Origin: Candidatus Uhrbacteria bacterium RIFOXYB12_FULL_58_10
GTDB lineage: Bacteria > Patescibacteriota > Patescibacteriia > UBA9934 > GWF2-40-263
DNA: 64,000 nt
Reading direction: 5' to 3'
Assembly: GCA_943354165.1 (NCBI GenBank)
Contig: CALRBH010000001.1
Span: 16,828-80,827, forward strand
Part shown: positions 9,340-19,466 of the stretch, piece by piece
Layout of the letters: each line of letters begins with the position of its first letter
Numbering within the stretch: the stretch's first letter is position 1
Program-made: the position numbers and the translations under genes
Notes under the pieces: model-generated
Databases searched by the model: none
What the model saw: the letters and a program-made list of their open reading frames with translations, nothing else
What the model was told of the DNA's origin: nothing

Positions 9340-10110
9340 ATGGCCACATTATTTTCCACCACCGGCATCGTCCTTTCGCAGAGAAACCACCGCGAAGCGG
9401 ACCGGTGGTATTCGGCGTTTACGCCGGAGCACGGGAAGATCGAGTTTCTTGCGCGTGGTGGGCACAAGCCTTTAGCGAAGCTCACTCCTCACCTTGAAAT
9501 GCCGGCGGAGGTCGAATTTCTGCTTGTCGACGGTCGCGCGTATCTTACGGTAGCTGGGACTGATCGACGTAGAGCCTTTTCGAACATCTACACCGACTAC
9601 TCACGTCTCTCGCTTGCGCAGAGCGCACTTTCTCTTACTGATCTCGCAACGCGTCCACAGGAAGCTGACCCTGCGCTTTATGATACGCTCGTGCGCTTTC
9701 TTTCTTTTATCGACGCTGCTCCTGATTTTTCTACGGAGCGCGCCGCATTTCTTCTCTCGTCGTTCACGCTCAAGCTTCTTGCACTTACTGGGTATCGTCC
9801 AGAGCTTGAACGATGTTTGCACTGTAAGAATTCCATCGCGCAGGGGCAGTACCGATGGCACGCCGTGAAAGGGGGAGTGGTGTGTATGCCGTGCGCGACC
9901 GGTTCGTCGGAAGAATGGTTTGCCGCGCGTTCGATTCCGGACGAAGCGCTGAAGCTTTTGCGCTTTGCGTTATTCGAACCATTCGAATCGCAGATTAAGC
10001 CGTTTCTTTCTGCCGAAGCGATCTTGCCGTATCACGATCTTGTCGAATCACTCGTTATTTCGCACTTCCCAGCGATCCCGGCGTGTTCGCTTCGTAGTGC
10101 GTGTTCGTAG
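9340..10110 (+). CDS. recO: DNA repair protein RecO
   Basis: 256 aa; N-terminal OB fold and C-terminal Cys4 (CLHC…CMPC) zinc motif. Confidence 0.8.
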   Translation: MATLFSTTGIVLSQRNHREADRWYSAFTPEHGKIEFLARGGHKPLAKLTPHLEMPAEVEFLLVDGRAYLTVAGTDRRRAFSNIYTDYSRLSLAQSALSLTDLATRPQEADPALYDTLVRFLSFIDAAPDFSTERAAFLLSSFTLKLLALTGYRPELERCLHCKNSIAQGQYRWHAVKGGVVCMPCATGSSEEWFAARSIPDEALKLLRFALFEPFESQIKPFLSAEAILPYHDLVESLVISHFPAIPACSLRSACS

Positions 10111-10216
10111 TGCGTTGAGTTCCTTCGTCGTTGAGACTCCTCAGGATGGCAATGAAATTGAGATTTCATTGCCATTTCCTGCCGGTTTGCTACAATCTTG
10201 GGGTTATTTTCGCATT

Positions 10217-11512
10217 ATGATCAGCACGTTCGTTAAGGATATTGGGGCTAACGTTGGCCAAGAAATTGAACTCAAAGGTTGGGCCTATAACTTCCGTTCA
10301 AGCGGGAAGATTTTTTTTCTCCAATTCCGCGATGGGACCGGGGTAACGCAGATTGTGTACTCCAAGGCCGCCCTCACTGAAGAGCAGTGGAACGCTCTGC
10401 AATCTTTGCGCATCGAATCGTCCGTGATCGTAACGGGGAAGGCGAAGCCTGATCGCGCAGGGACGGGTTTCGAACTCGATGGTACTGGCGTCACGATCGT
10501 GAGTCTTGCGGCGGAAGATTATCCAATCGGCAAAAAGGAACACGGTCCAGATTTCCTTCACGACATGCGTCACCTCTGGCTCCGGTCACCAACACAGTGG
10601 GCGATCCAGCGCGTGCGCGATACGGTGATCCATGCGACGTACGATTATTTCCGCGAAAAGGGTTTTACGAAAATCGATTCTCCGATTCTGACGCCGAACG
10701 CCTGTGAAGGGACGACGGAACTTTTTGAGATGGATTACTTCGACATGGGGAAGGCATACCTTTCGCAGTCGGGCCAACTTTACCTCGAAGCGGCTGTCAT
10801 GAGTTTCGGTAACGTGTTTGACTTCGGGCCGGTGTTTCGTGCCGAGAAGTCCAAGACACGCCGTCACCTTACGGAGTTCTGGATGATGGATGCGGAAATG
10901 GCGTTTTGCGATCACGAGGGGAACTTGAAAGTTCAAGAAGAACTCATCTGCCGCATTGTTGCGGACGTTTTGAAACACAATCGTTCCGATCTTGCGATTC
11001 TTGAACGCGATGTGACGAAGCTTGAAAAGATCCAAGCGCCATTCGTCCGCATGACGCACGCGGAAGCTGTGGCGAAACTGAAAGAGCTCGGAAGCGACAT
11101 TGGGCCAATGGATGACTTGGGTGCGGATGATGAGACGAAGCTTACCGAACTTTACGAGCGGCCGATTTTCGTCGAGAAATATCCAACCGTCGTGAAAGCG
11201 TTTTACATGAAGCGCGATCCGAATGATCCGACGCATGTGATGAACGCTGATATGCTCGCGCCGGAAGGGTACGGCGAAATCATCGGTGGCTCGCAGCGCG
11301 AAGACGATTACGAAACGCTTCTGCAGCGCATCAAGGAACACAATCTCCCTGTCGAGCAATTCAATTGGTACCTCGACCTGCGCAAGTACGGCAGCGTCCC
11401 ACACAGCGGCTTCGGCTACGGCCTTGAGCGCATCGTCCGCTGGATGTGCGGCATCCACCACATTCGCGAGACGATTCCGTTCCCACGCCTCATTAACCGC
11501 CTGACGCCGTAA
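10217..11512 (+). CDS. asnS: asparagine--tRNA ligase
   Basis: Class IIb aaRS; motif FRAEKSKTRRHLTEFWMMDAEMAF matches the AsnRS motif 2 region; start taken at MISTFVKD (the longer ORF 9965.. overlaps recO). Confidence 0.85.
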   Translation: MISTFVKDIGANVGQEIELKGWAYNFRSSGKIFFLQFRDGTGVTQIVYSKAALTEEQWNALQSLRIESSVIVTGKAKPDRAGTGFELDGTGVTIVSLAAEDYPIGKKEHGPDFLHDMRHLWLRSPTQWAIQRVRDTVIHATYDYFREKGFTKIDSPILTPNACEGTTELFEMDYFDMGKAYLSQSGQLYLEAAVMSFGNVFDFGPVFRAEKSKTRRHLTEFWMMDAEMAFCDHEGNLKVQEELICRIVADVLKHNRSDLAILERDVTKLEKIQAPFVRMTHAEAVAKLKELGSDIGPMDDLGADDETKLTELYERPIFVEKYPTVVKAFYMKRDPNDPTHVMNADMLAPEGYGEIIGGSQREDDYETLLQRIKEHNLPVEQFNWYLDLRKYGSVPHSGFGYGLERIVRWMCGIHHIRETIPFPRLINRLTP

Positions 11513-11513
11513 T

Positions 11514-12911
11514 ATGCAAAGGACCTGGACTGTCGAAACTCCAAATAAGATTGGCGAGACCGTGAAAGTAAACGGCTGGGCGCACAATGTACGCGTCATG
11601 GGCGACAAGCTCGTGTTCGTCGACCTCCGCGACGGATCTGGCCTCTTGCAGGTCGTGTTCTACAAGCCTGACCTCTCTCCGGAAATGGCGGAGATCGTTT
11701 CGGGCGTGAAGCCGGAATTCGTTCTTGAGATCGAAGGGGAAGTGAAGGCTCGTGGGGCGAAGCAACTGAATCCTGATCTTCCAACCGGGACGGTTGAACT
11801 TGGAGCGAAGTCGATCAAGATTTTGAACACCTGCGAGACACCTCCGTTTGAAATCAACAAGGATACGAAAGACATCAATGAAGAGTTGCGTCTCAAGTAT
11901 CGCTATCTCGATTTGCGATCGGAGCGCATGCATCGCAACATTTGGCGCCGCAGTTCGATCGTTCGATTCATTCGTGAGCATCTTTACAGCCATCACTTTA
12001 CGGAAATTGAAACACCCGTGCTCACTAAGGGTACGCCAGAAGGCGCGCGTGAATTCCTTGTGCCTAGTCGTTTGCACAAAGGGAAGTTTTACGTGCTTCC
12101 GCAATCGCCGCAGCAGTTCAAACAGTTGCTCATGGTCGGCGGCATGGAGCGCTACTTCCAGGTGGCCAAGTGTTTCCGAGATGAAGACCAGCGCGGTGAC
12201 CGCCAGCCGGAGTTTACGCAGATCGACCTTGAAATGAGTTTCGTTGAGCGTGAAGATGTTATGGGGTTGATCGAAGGCATGCTGATCGAACTTGTGAAGA
12301 CGCACTCACCGGAGAAGCGTATTCAAGCCGTGCCATTCCCGCGCATGAGTTACACAGATGCGATGAAGAACTACGGGAACGATCGCCCTGACATTCGTGA
12401 AGACAAGAACGATCCGAATCTTCTCGCGTTTTGCTGGGTCGTCGACTTTCCGTTCTTCGAAAAGACGGAGGACGGTGGCTGGACATTCACACACAACCCA
12501 TTCTCGCGCGCCGTTCCGGAACATCACGAAGCACTGATGGACAAGAAAGACATCGGAAGCATTCTCACCTCGCAGTACGACATCGTCCTCAATGGATTTG
12601 AAATCGGCGGAGGATCGATCCGCAACCATGAACCAATGGCGCTTCAACGCGTGTTCGAGATCATGGGATTCTCGCTTGAGTCGATCAAGGCGCAGTTCGG
12701 TCACATGCTCGAAGCCTTCACATTCGGTGCACCACCGCACGGCGGCATCGCGCTCGGGTTCGACCGTCTTATCGCCATCCTTTGTAACGAACCGAATATC
12801 CGCGAGGTCATGGCGTTCCCAAAGACTGGCGACGCACGCGATCCAATGATGGATGCGCCAAGCGATATGCCGGAGAAGGCGCTCATGGATGTGCACATCA
12901 AGAAAGCGTAG
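11514..12911 (+). CDS. aspS: aspartate--tRNA ligase (short form, no GAD insertion domain)
   Basis: 465 aa; CFRDEDQRGDRQPEFTQIDLEMSF is the AspRS motif 2 region; shorter than typical bacterial AspRS. Confidence 0.85.
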   Translation: MQRTWTVETPNKIGETVKVNGWAHNVRVMGDKLVFVDLRDGSGLLQVVFYKPDLSPEMAEIVSGVKPEFVLEIEGEVKARGAKQLNPDLPTGTVELGAKSIKILNTCETPPFEINKDTKDINEELRLKYRYLDLRSERMHRNIWRRSSIVRFIREHLYSHHFTEIETPVLTKGTPEGAREFLVPSRLHKGKFYVLPQSPQQFKQLLMVGGMERYFQVAKCFRDEDQRGDRQPEFTQIDLEMSFVEREDVMGLIEGMLIELVKTHSPEKRIQAVPFPRMSYTDAMKNYGNDRPDIREDKNDPNLLAFCWVVDFPFFEKTEDGGWTFTHNPFSRAVPEHHEALMDKKDIGSILTSQYDIVLNGFEIGGGSIRNHEPMALQRVFEIMGFSLESIKAQFGHMLEAFTFGAPPHGGIALGFDRLIAILCNEPNIREVMAFPKTGDARDPMMDAPSDMPEKALMDVHIKKA

Positions 12912-12920
12912 AATACGGCC

Positions 12921-13619
12921 ATGTCGTTTCAGGTAACGCAGGAAAAGTTTTCCGGACCGCTGCACCTCCTTCTTGAACTGGTCGAGAAGGAGGAGCTTCC
13001 TATCACGGAGCTTTCCTTGGCTAAGGTTACGGAAGAATACCTTGCTCATGTGAACGCCCAGGAAGTTCCGCCGGAGGAGCTCGCAGATTTTCTTGTGATT
13101 GCCACGCGGCTTTTGCTCATCAAGTCCCGCGCGATCCTTCCGGCTCTCGGGGTCGAAGAAGAGGAAGATGCGGGCAAACTCGCACTTCAGCTGCGCATGT
13201 ACCGCGAGTTTGCGGAGGCGACCAAGGGTGTCGAGGCGCTTTGGAACGGCGGACATGTCATGTTTGCTCGCGAGAAAACCAGCGTGCCGAAGGTCGTCGG
13301 GTTTTTGCCGCCGGCTGGTGTGGATACCTCGGCGATGGAAAAGGCGTTCCGAATGCTTCTCAAAAAACTCGAACCGTTTTTCGCCCTGCAGGAACATGCG
13401 CTCGAACGTGTCGTGTCCGTGCAGGAGCGCATCAAGCAGATCCGATCGGTCATCTTGGAACGCGCGCGTCTTACCTTCGGCGACATGGTGAAGGGGAGCG
13501 CGTCAAAGGTGGAAGTCGTGGTAAGCTTCCTTGCACTCTTGGAGCTCATGAAGCAGCGGGTGGTCGGCGTAGTCCAGGGTGGCGCCTTCGACGAAATTCA
13601 TATCACGCGCGTCGATTAA
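12921..13619 (+). CDS. scpA: segregation and condensation protein A
   Basis: 232 aa, ScpA/kleisin-like; followed immediately by scpB. Confidence 0.8.
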   Translation: MSFQVTQEKFSGPLHLLLELVEKEELPITELSLAKVTEEYLAHVNAQEVPPEELADFLVIATRLLLIKSRAILPALGVEEEEDAGKLALQLRMYREFAEATKGVEALWNGGHVMFAREKTSVPKVVGFLPPAGVDTSAMEKAFRMLLKKLEPFFALQEHALERVVSVQERIKQIRSVILERARLTFGDMVKGSASKVEVVVSFLALLELMKQRVVGVVQGGAFDEIHITRVD

Positions 13620-13620
13620 T

Positions 13621-14187
13621 ATGATTACGACTCAGCTTGAAGCCATTCTGTTCGCGTCCGGGAAACCCGTTACCCGGGCGGCCCTTAAGAAGTCGCTCGA
13701 CGTTTCCGACGAAATTCTTGCGGAGGGCTTGGCGGACGTAAAACTTCGTTTCAATTCCGAGTCGTCCGGGATCCACCTTGTCGAAACGGAAGCGGGCGAA
13801 CTGCAGCTTGCGAGCAATCCGTCGTGTGCGGAAGTCATCGCTTCGATGTTCAAGCAAGAGGCGGCTGGTGAGCTTACACGACCGTCGCTTGAAACACTCA
13901 CGATCATCGCGTACCGCGGGCCCATCACAAAACCGGAGATCGAACAGATCCGCGGCGTGAACTGTTCGCTCATCTTGCGTAACCTGCTTATGCGCGGACT
14001 TGTGGATGAACGCGACGACGTTTCGAAACTTCAGCCTGTCTATTCGGTCACGGCAGATTTCCTCCGCCATCTTGGAATTCACACGGCTTCGGAGATGCCT
14101 GGATTTGAGGAATTGCACGGGAACGAAAAGATCGGCAAGATGCTTGAAGAACTTGCTGCATCTACTCCAGTAGAGTCCCTGCCATAG
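13621..14187 (+). CDS. scpB: segregation and condensation protein B
   Basis: Starts MITTQLEAILFASGKPV (ScpB signature); tandem winged-helix organisation. Confidence 0.85.
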   Translation: MITTQLEAILFASGKPVTRAALKKSLDVSDEILAEGLADVKLRFNSESSGIHLVETEAGELQLASNPSCAEVIASMFKQEAAGELTRPSLETLTIIAYRGPITKPEIEQIRGVNCSLILRNLLMRGLVDERDDVSKLQPVYSVTADFLRHLGIHTASEMPGFEELHGNEKIGKMLEELAASTPVESLP

Positions 14188-14199
14188 GCAGGTAAGCGT

Positions 14200-15171
14200 A
14201 TGATCCTGAAGCTGGTCAGCCAACTTGTCCTTGCCGGCACCCTCATCCAGCTGTTCCCAGCGGATGCGGCCACTCTTGAGATTCGGGCGCGGTTTCCAGA
14301 AGCGGGAGCCCGCATGTTCGCCCCAGGATCACTGCGCGCGGCGTTTACGGACCGTGCTCCACTGCCCTCCTCCTCGGACCGCAAGCCAGTAAAGATCGTT
14401 CCGGAAAGCGTCGGAGTCGTTACAAGTGCCGTGAGTGCCCTTGTGATCGACCGTGCTTCCGGAGCCATCCTCTTTGAAAAGAATCCGGGCGAGCCTCGCT
14501 CCATCGGCAGCATTACGAAGATCATGACCGCTTACGTTTTTCTTGATGGGCAGCCTGACCTGAACGCGAAGGTGGAACTGTTGCCGGAAGACGTTCGTGC
14601 AGGCGGCATTCAGCATTTGAGCCTTGGGGAAACTTATTCGCTGCACGACGTGTTGCGTGCGTCACTTGTCGGATCCGACAATACGGCGACGGCCGCCCTC
14701 GTCCGTCTTTCAAAAATGCCACCAGGTGATTTCGTCGCGCGCATGAATGAGACCGCGGCGGACATGGGACTCGTCGCCACTCATTTCGTGGACGAGACCG
14801 GACTTTCTTCGGACAATCGGTCCGTGGTGTCCGACCTCGCGCTCCTGCTCGACAAGGCAATGCGTGTTGAGAACATCCGCGCCGCTACCGAGGAACCCAT
14901 CGCGCTCATCCGCGGAAGTTCCGGACGTGTTTACACCATCGAAAGTACAAATGAACTTCTTGGAACATTTTTAAACAAGCCACCGTACCGGATCATTGGT
15001 GGGAAGACAGGATATCTTCCGGAGGCCGGTTACTGTTTCGGAGCGGTTGTATCGATGAACAACGCGCACGAACTCATTATCGTCGTTCTCGGCTCGGATT
15101 CGAAGACGGGACGGTTTGACGACGCGAAGGCGCTTGCCGCCTGGGCCTATAAGGTCTTCAGTTGGGAATAG
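14200..15171 (+). CDS. D-alanyl-D-alanine carboxypeptidase (S11 family, PBP5-like)
   Basis: 323 aa; SxxK (SITK), SDN (SGN-equivalent) and KTG (GGKTGY) motifs. Confidence 0.8.
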   Translation: MILKLVSQLVLAGTLIQLFPADAATLEIRARFPEAGARMFAPGSLRAAFTDRAPLPSSSDRKPVKIVPESVGVVTSAVSALVIDRASGAILFEKNPGEPRSIGSITKIMTAYVFLDGQPDLNAKVELLPEDVRAGGIQHLSLGETYSLHDVLRASLVGSDNTATAALVRLSKMPPGDFVARMNETAADMGLVATHFVDETGLSSDNRSVVSDLALLLDKAMRVENIRAATEEPIALIRGSSGRVYTIESTNELLGTFLNKPPYRIIGGKTGYLPEAGYCFGAVVSMNNAHELIIVVLGSDSKTGRFDDAKALAAWAYKVFSWE

Positions 15172-15190
15172 AGGTCACGAGTAAAATTTT

Positions 15191-16348
15191 ATGCGCATTG
15201 CCATCGACGCCACATCGATCTGTACGCCGGATGGTGCGAGGGGCGCGGGGATCGGTCATTACACCTACGAGGCGGTACGCGCGCTGCTTGAAGCGAGCAG
15301 TCGCCACACGTACCTGGTGTTTGTGCCGTCTTCGTTTAGACGAGACGATGAAGCGGTGCTATTACGGGGAGTCCGGTGGGCAAAGGTAATTCGATTGCCC
15401 GTTTTGCGTGTTCCAGGCCTGGCCCGTCATGTGTGGCTGCCGCTGCTTGCCCGTCTGCGCCGCTGTGAGCTCCTGTGGGCCCCAGCTGGGGAACTTCCGC
15501 TTGCCTGGAAGGGAAGGAGCGTTATCACTGTCCACGACGTGGCCGTGTTCACGCACCCGGAATGGTTCCGGGACGAGGATCGGGGTAACCTTTCGCGTCG
15601 ATGGATATTCCCGCGCTCCGTCGAAAAGGCGACCACCATCGTGACTGTTTCCGCGTTTACACAGAGTGAACTTGAACGTGTCTTTCCCGCAGCCATCGGA
15701 AAAACTCTCGTGATTCACGAGGGGGTGGCGTTGTCGCAGGATGTGTCAACTCCCACACCGGAACAGCGTGAACGATGGGGGTTGTCCGAAGACACGGTTT
15801 TGATTTTAGGAACCATTGAGCCACGGAAAAATCTTGAACGCGCGCTCCTTGCCTTCGACAACTATTTACAGATGCACACAGACCGGGCGGCGGTCACGCG
15901 TTGCATTCTCGCGGGAGGGAAGGGATGGAAGAGCGATGGGGTGTTCGCTGAAATCGAACGCGTGAATGCGGCGTGGCGCACCGAGGTGCCGAACGGTGTT
16001 GTAAAATGGATCGGTTACGTTTCGGAAGAAGAAAAATGGGCGGTGCTTGCCCAGGCGTCCGTGCTGCTTTATCCCTCGCTTGAGGAAGGATTCGGGCTGC
16101 CGGCTTTGGAGGCGATGGCCTGCGGGACAACCGTGATTGCCTCCGATCGTGGGTCGTTGCCAGAGGTGACGGGGGATGCGGCCATGCAGGTGAACCCGGA
16201 AGACGTGGATGTGATTTCCCTTGCGCTTTCGCAGGCGCTTCTCATGTCCGATGCGCTCAAGGAATTGCGTCAGGCGGGATTGAAGCAGGCGGCGAAGTTT
16301 ACGTGGAGGAAGACAGCGGAGGGGTTGTTGCGAGTATTTGAGGGATAG
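15191..16348 (+). CDS. glycosyltransferase family 4 (GT-B)
   Basis: 385 aa; C-terminal [28 protein letters not shown] sugar-nucleotide binding motif. Confidence 0.85.
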   Translation: MRIAIDATSICTPDGARGAGIGHYTYEAVRALLEASSRHTYLVFVPSSFRRDDEAVLLRGVRWAKVIRLPVLRVPGLARHVWLPLLARLRRCELLWAPAGELPLAWKGRSVITVHDVAVFTHPEWFRDEDRGNLSRRWIFPRSVEKATTIVTVSAFTQSELERVFPAAIGKTLVIHEGVALSQDVSTPTPEQRERWGLSEDTVLILGTIEPRKNLERALLAFDNYLQMHTDRAAVTRCILAGGKGWKSDGVFAEIERVNAAWRTEVPNGVVKWIGYVSEEEKWAVLAQASVLLYPSLEEGFGLPALEAMACGTTVIASDRGSLPEVTGDAAMQVNPEDVDVISLALSQALLMSDALKELRQAGLKQAAKFTWRKTAEGLLRVFEG

Positions 16349-16421
16349 GCTTTAGGCAGACAAGGCCACAGGCCATAGGAAACATCGATCTTCCTCCGGC
16401 CTAATGCCTAACGCCTTCGGC

Positions 16422-16913
16422 CTAGAGCTTCGTTTGCAAATACGCGATCAAAACAATTTGTGCGAGCAGCGCATAATACAACGGAACATCGCCGCGGCGT
16501 TTCAAAAAGAAATCGTGGAAGAAGAAATGGACCCAATTGAACCACTTGAGGAGCGGAGTCTTCGTGATGACGTACACGCCCACCATGAGGTCAGGGAGCA
16601 CGCCGCCGATGATGCCCCAGGTGAAGGTGCGGAGGCTCTCGATGTCGCGGGTGTTGGCAAGGAAGAGGACGAAGAGAATCGAGAAGATCGCATCTACCGC
16701 CACATAGGCCACGGCGCGGCCTTGCTTCTGCTTGTGGATGCGGAAATTGTCCGAGAGGCCGGAGTCCCCGTGAGGGATCATGTCGATAAGCAGGTGGGAG
16801 GCGAATCCGCCAAAAAAGGCCCAGAAAGGGCTGCCGGTGGCCTGTCCGATCACCGCTCCTAATACCGCGTGGGTCGTGAGAGTCATAGGGGCTAACGGGC
16901 AGGAGAATAGCAC
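16422..16913 (-). CDS. membrane-bound metal-dependent hydrolase-like protein (YdjM/DUF457-like)
   Basis: 163 aa, several hydrophobic helices, H..LID..PH motif; the overlapping + strand ORF 16404..16862 is E/D-rich antisense noise. Confidence 0.55.
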   Translation of the reverse strand: MLFSCPLAPMTLTTHAVLGAVIGQATGSPFWAFFGGFASHLLIDMIPHGDSGLSDNFRIHKQKQGRAVAYVAVDAIFSILFVLFLANTRDIESLRTFTWGIIGGVLPDLMVGVYVITKTPLLKWFNWVHFFFHDFFLKRRGDVPLYYALLAQIVLIAYLQTKL

Positions 16914-16980
16914 GGGAGGGGGCGTTTGGCGAGGGTGGACACAGGGCAGTCTCTCGGCTACGATAACGTCACCTACTAAT

Positions 16981-17066
16981 GCCGGGGTGGCGGAATGGTA
17001 TACGCGACGGACTCAAAATCCGTTATCCGAAAGGGTGTGAGGGTTCGAGTCCCTCCCTCGGCACCA
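16981..17066 (+). tRNA. tRNA-Leu (anticodon CAA), CCA encoded
   Basis: Cloverleaf: acceptor GCCGGGG/CCTCGGC, anticodon loop CTCAAAA, long variable arm, GGTTCGAGTCC T-arm, 3' CCA. Confidence 0.85.
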
Positions 17067-17096
17067 CTGCAGATTTCCTTGAACCTGCATTATCCT

Positions 17097-17128
17097 AACA
17101 ATGTCGACCATTTTCGGTCGACATTGTT
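17097..17128 (+). repeat. perfect 13-bp inverted repeat (aacaatgtcgacc…ggtcgacattgtt) 30 bp after tRNA-Leu
   Basis: Read directly; lies at the tRNA / GC-rich island junction. Confidence 0.6.
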
Positions 17129-17366
17129 GTTATTGGTTCGAGCGATTTTAGTTGACTCTGATCAACCTGTGGATAACCGTGCCGCATGCCACCACCGCCA
17201 GAGGAGCACACCAACGAAGCGCAGGAGTGGTCGCTGACGATGACGTTCCAGTGGCTCGAGCAGGCTGCGGAGTTTCTGTGGCGCATGGGCGCGCACAAAC
17301 CGAAGGAGGAGGACCAGATGTGCGCAGAAAAAAGAACCGACGCCACTTGGGCGTCGGAAACCGCGG

Positions 17367-17801
17367 CTATGCCACGGCAAGGTCTGCAAGGAACTGGCTC
17401 GGTGTCTTGACTGTGACCGGTAGCGTTGGCGCTGCCTGCTGGATGTGCACATCGCCGCTGACGATGACATCGGCATTCGCTGTCACGGCGCATTGCACGA
17501 CCCAGTCGTCGTCGGCGTCGCCCTGAATCCAAGTCGCCTGGGGCTCGACGGAAGGGACGAAGTCCATGAGGAGCTTGAGGTCTTCGAGGATTTCGTCGAG
17601 TACCTTCACGCCCGGCCCTCGTCTCGCGAGGAGTCGTTGGATGCTCGGCCGACCCATCACACCGATGAACTCTCCCCACAGATGGTCCGTGGTGCACGCG
17701 GTGAAGCGACGGAGCGCGAGCGCGTGCACGACGAGGCCGGGTGGCCCCGAAGGCTTGAGAAGGGCGCTGACGAGGACGTTCGAATCGAGCACCGCAATCA
17801 C
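17367..17801 (-). CDS. PIN-domain ribonuclease toxin (VapC-like)
   Basis: 144 aa; MIAVLDSNVL…D…D acidic residues of the PIN fold; preceded by a small antitoxin with 4-bp overlap. Confidence 0.7.
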   Translation of the reverse strand: MIAVLDSNVLVSALLKPSGPPGLVVHALALRRFTACTTDHLWGEFIGVMGRPSIQRLLARRGPGVKVLDEILEDLKLLMDFVPSVEPQATWIQGDADDDWVVQCAVTANADVIVSGDVHIQQAAPTLPVTVKTPSQFLADLAVA

Positions 17802-18025
17802 GCGTGACCCCGGACCTCAGCGATCGCTTCGGCGACGGTCTGCTCCACCTCCTCCTCTGAAAGCGAGGGGGCCGTGCGGGTCCACTCCTCCCAACGAGCC
17901 CGGAGTCTCTCTCGCGCCGCTTCTCGGTTGTGTGATGTTCGCAACGTATTCGCGAGCATTTCAAGGAACCTGATCTCTTCGGGGGTTAGCCCGTCAACGT
18001 TTAGTTGTTGCATCAATACCTCCAA
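17798..18025 (-). CDS. antitoxin of the VapBC-like module
   Basis: 75-aa helical protein overlapping the PIN gene start. Confidence 0.5.
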   Translation of the reverse strand: MEVLMQQLNVDGLTPEEIRFLEMLANTLRTSHNREAARERLRARWEEWTRTAPSLSEEEVEQTVAEAIAEVRGHA

Positions 18026-18158
18026 CTATTTCGTACTCCATAAATGGGGTTCTGTCAACGCCAAATGATGTCTGTTGATGTGCCATTTGTTGGCCATAGC
18101 AGTCATTGTCCTTCGCTCCACGTCCACTTCCGGGACAACTGCATCTTGCCTCGATGAG

Positions 18159-18593
18159 TCATGGCGTGCCCTCTGGCTCGGCGTCTGCGTCGACCAAGGG
18201 ACCAACGTCATATCGCTCGACATCGACGTCTGCGCCGCAGAATGCGATGAGGCGCATGCGATCGTCCTCGGTCGCGCTCGATCCGTCCACGCGCGTGACG
18301 AAGCCAGCGAAGTCGTCCACGCGACCGCCGCCACCGAAGCACAGGCCGCCAGCTTCGACGACGTCGATGAGCCGATCAGTGAACGCGTCGACGTTGGTCC
18401 CATCGCCGAAGCGGACACGTACCTCGAAGCCATATTGGGCCGTGGGAGCCATCGCCGAAGGATACCAAGCGGAGGCCGGGCTGTCCTCGTCGTCGAGAGA
18501 AAATTCTTGACTTTTGAGACAAGATCGGAATCGGTTTGCCAGATCCGGTCCGCGAGCAGTAGTATGGGGCATCCCGATCGGAGCCGTATGCAA
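18159..18593 (-). CDS. hypothetical protein (uncertain)
   Basis: 144-aa ORF with non-repetitive composition, antisense to the 5' extension of the 18075 ORF. Confidence 0.2.
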   Translation of the reverse strand: MHTAPIGMPHTTARGPDLANRFRSCLKSQEFSLDDEDSPASAWYPSAMAPTAQYGFEVRVRFGDGTNVDAFTDRLIDVVEAGGLCFGGGGRVDDFAGFVTRVDGSSATEDDRMRLIAFCGADVDVERYDVGPLVDADAEPEGTP

Positions 18594-19466
18594 CGCCCAT
18601 CAATCAGCCGCCGGCCAATCGCTGTTCTCGGATCTATCGCCGCGCTCGTCGTGGTCGTTGTGGTTGGCAAAGGCTGCGGGCCTGAACAGCAGGTTGCCGT
18701 TGATCCTGTCATCCCGCCGATGTCGCCGGTACAGCTGCCGCCCAAAATTTCATTGCTTGGCGTCGATCAAGCCGGCGGCCGCTACGAGATGCAAGTCGTT
18801 GGAGAGGATCACGACGGGCTGGTCCCCAAACGCCTGACCTACACGACGAGCGGAGGTGAGCGGCAGCTCATTGCCGATGGCGTCCTCCTCGCAGACTTCT
18901 CGCCGTCCTCGGCACTCGTGGCGTATTGGACGGCGGACTATCGGCTGACCATCGTGCGCGATCAGGAAGTGGTCGCGACCATTGCAGATGCTGGCTGGCC
19001 TCGGGTGTCCCCCACCGGAGGCAAGGTGGTCTTCGTCCGCTACCAGCAGGACGTAAGTTCCAGGCCGGGGTTTGCTGCCGAACATGCGATCGGCCTTCAG
19101 CTCCTCGATGTGAGGGACGGCAGCACCATCGCCCTCACCGATAGCTCGCAGGACTTCGCTCCATTTTGGCTTGATGACCGCTGGGTCGCTTTCGGTTCAG
19201 GGCGCACGGAGAATCCAGCGAACACCGTTGCCTCGCTTTGGCTGGTGTCAGTTGATCACTCCGTTCCGGTTCGTCTCACAAACAAGAATATCGAATCGGC
19301 TTCCGACCCGGCTTTCATCCCGATCCCATCTGAATACCCGGCAGTTTCTGAGAGCGTGGACGGGGTCGTGATTGACTACCCGTCCGACGACACGCACGTC
19401 CATCTCGTCGTCGATCTCACCAAGGGCAGTGTCACGGCCGTAAATGTTACTCGGGGCGCACAATGA
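18588..19466 (+). CDS. membrane-anchored TolB-like beta-propeller (PD40 repeat) protein
   Basis: Start taken at MQRPSISRRPIAVLGSIAALVVVV (TM anchor); repeated …W(T/L)xD… propeller blades; the longer 18075 start is doubtful. Confidence 0.55.
   Translation: MQRPSISRRPIAVLGSIAALVVVVVVGKGCGPEQQVAVDPVIPPMSPVQLPPKISLLGVDQAGGRYEMQVVGEDHDGLVPKRLTYTTSGGERQLIADGVLLADFSPSSALVAYWTADYRLTIVRDQEVVATIADAGWPRVSPTGGKVVFVRYQQDVSSRPGFAAEHAIGLQLLDVRDGSTIALTDSSQDFAPFWLDDRWVAFGSGRTENPANTVASLWLVSVDHSVPVRLTNKNIESASDPAFIPIPSEYPAVSESVDGVVIDYPSDDTHVHLVVDLTKGSVTAVNVTRGAQ

Noticed and set aside
9965-10216. N-terminal extension of the asnS ORF overlapping recO
   Set aside because: Arg-rich junk translation; conserved AsnRS begins at 10217.
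16404-16862. 152-aa plus-strand ORF
   Set aside because: Acidic low-complexity product, antisense to a plausible polytopic membrane protein on the minus strand.
17095-17964. 289-aa Arg/Pro-rich minus-strand ORF
   Set aside because: Typical high-GC spurious frame; overlaps the VapBC genes.
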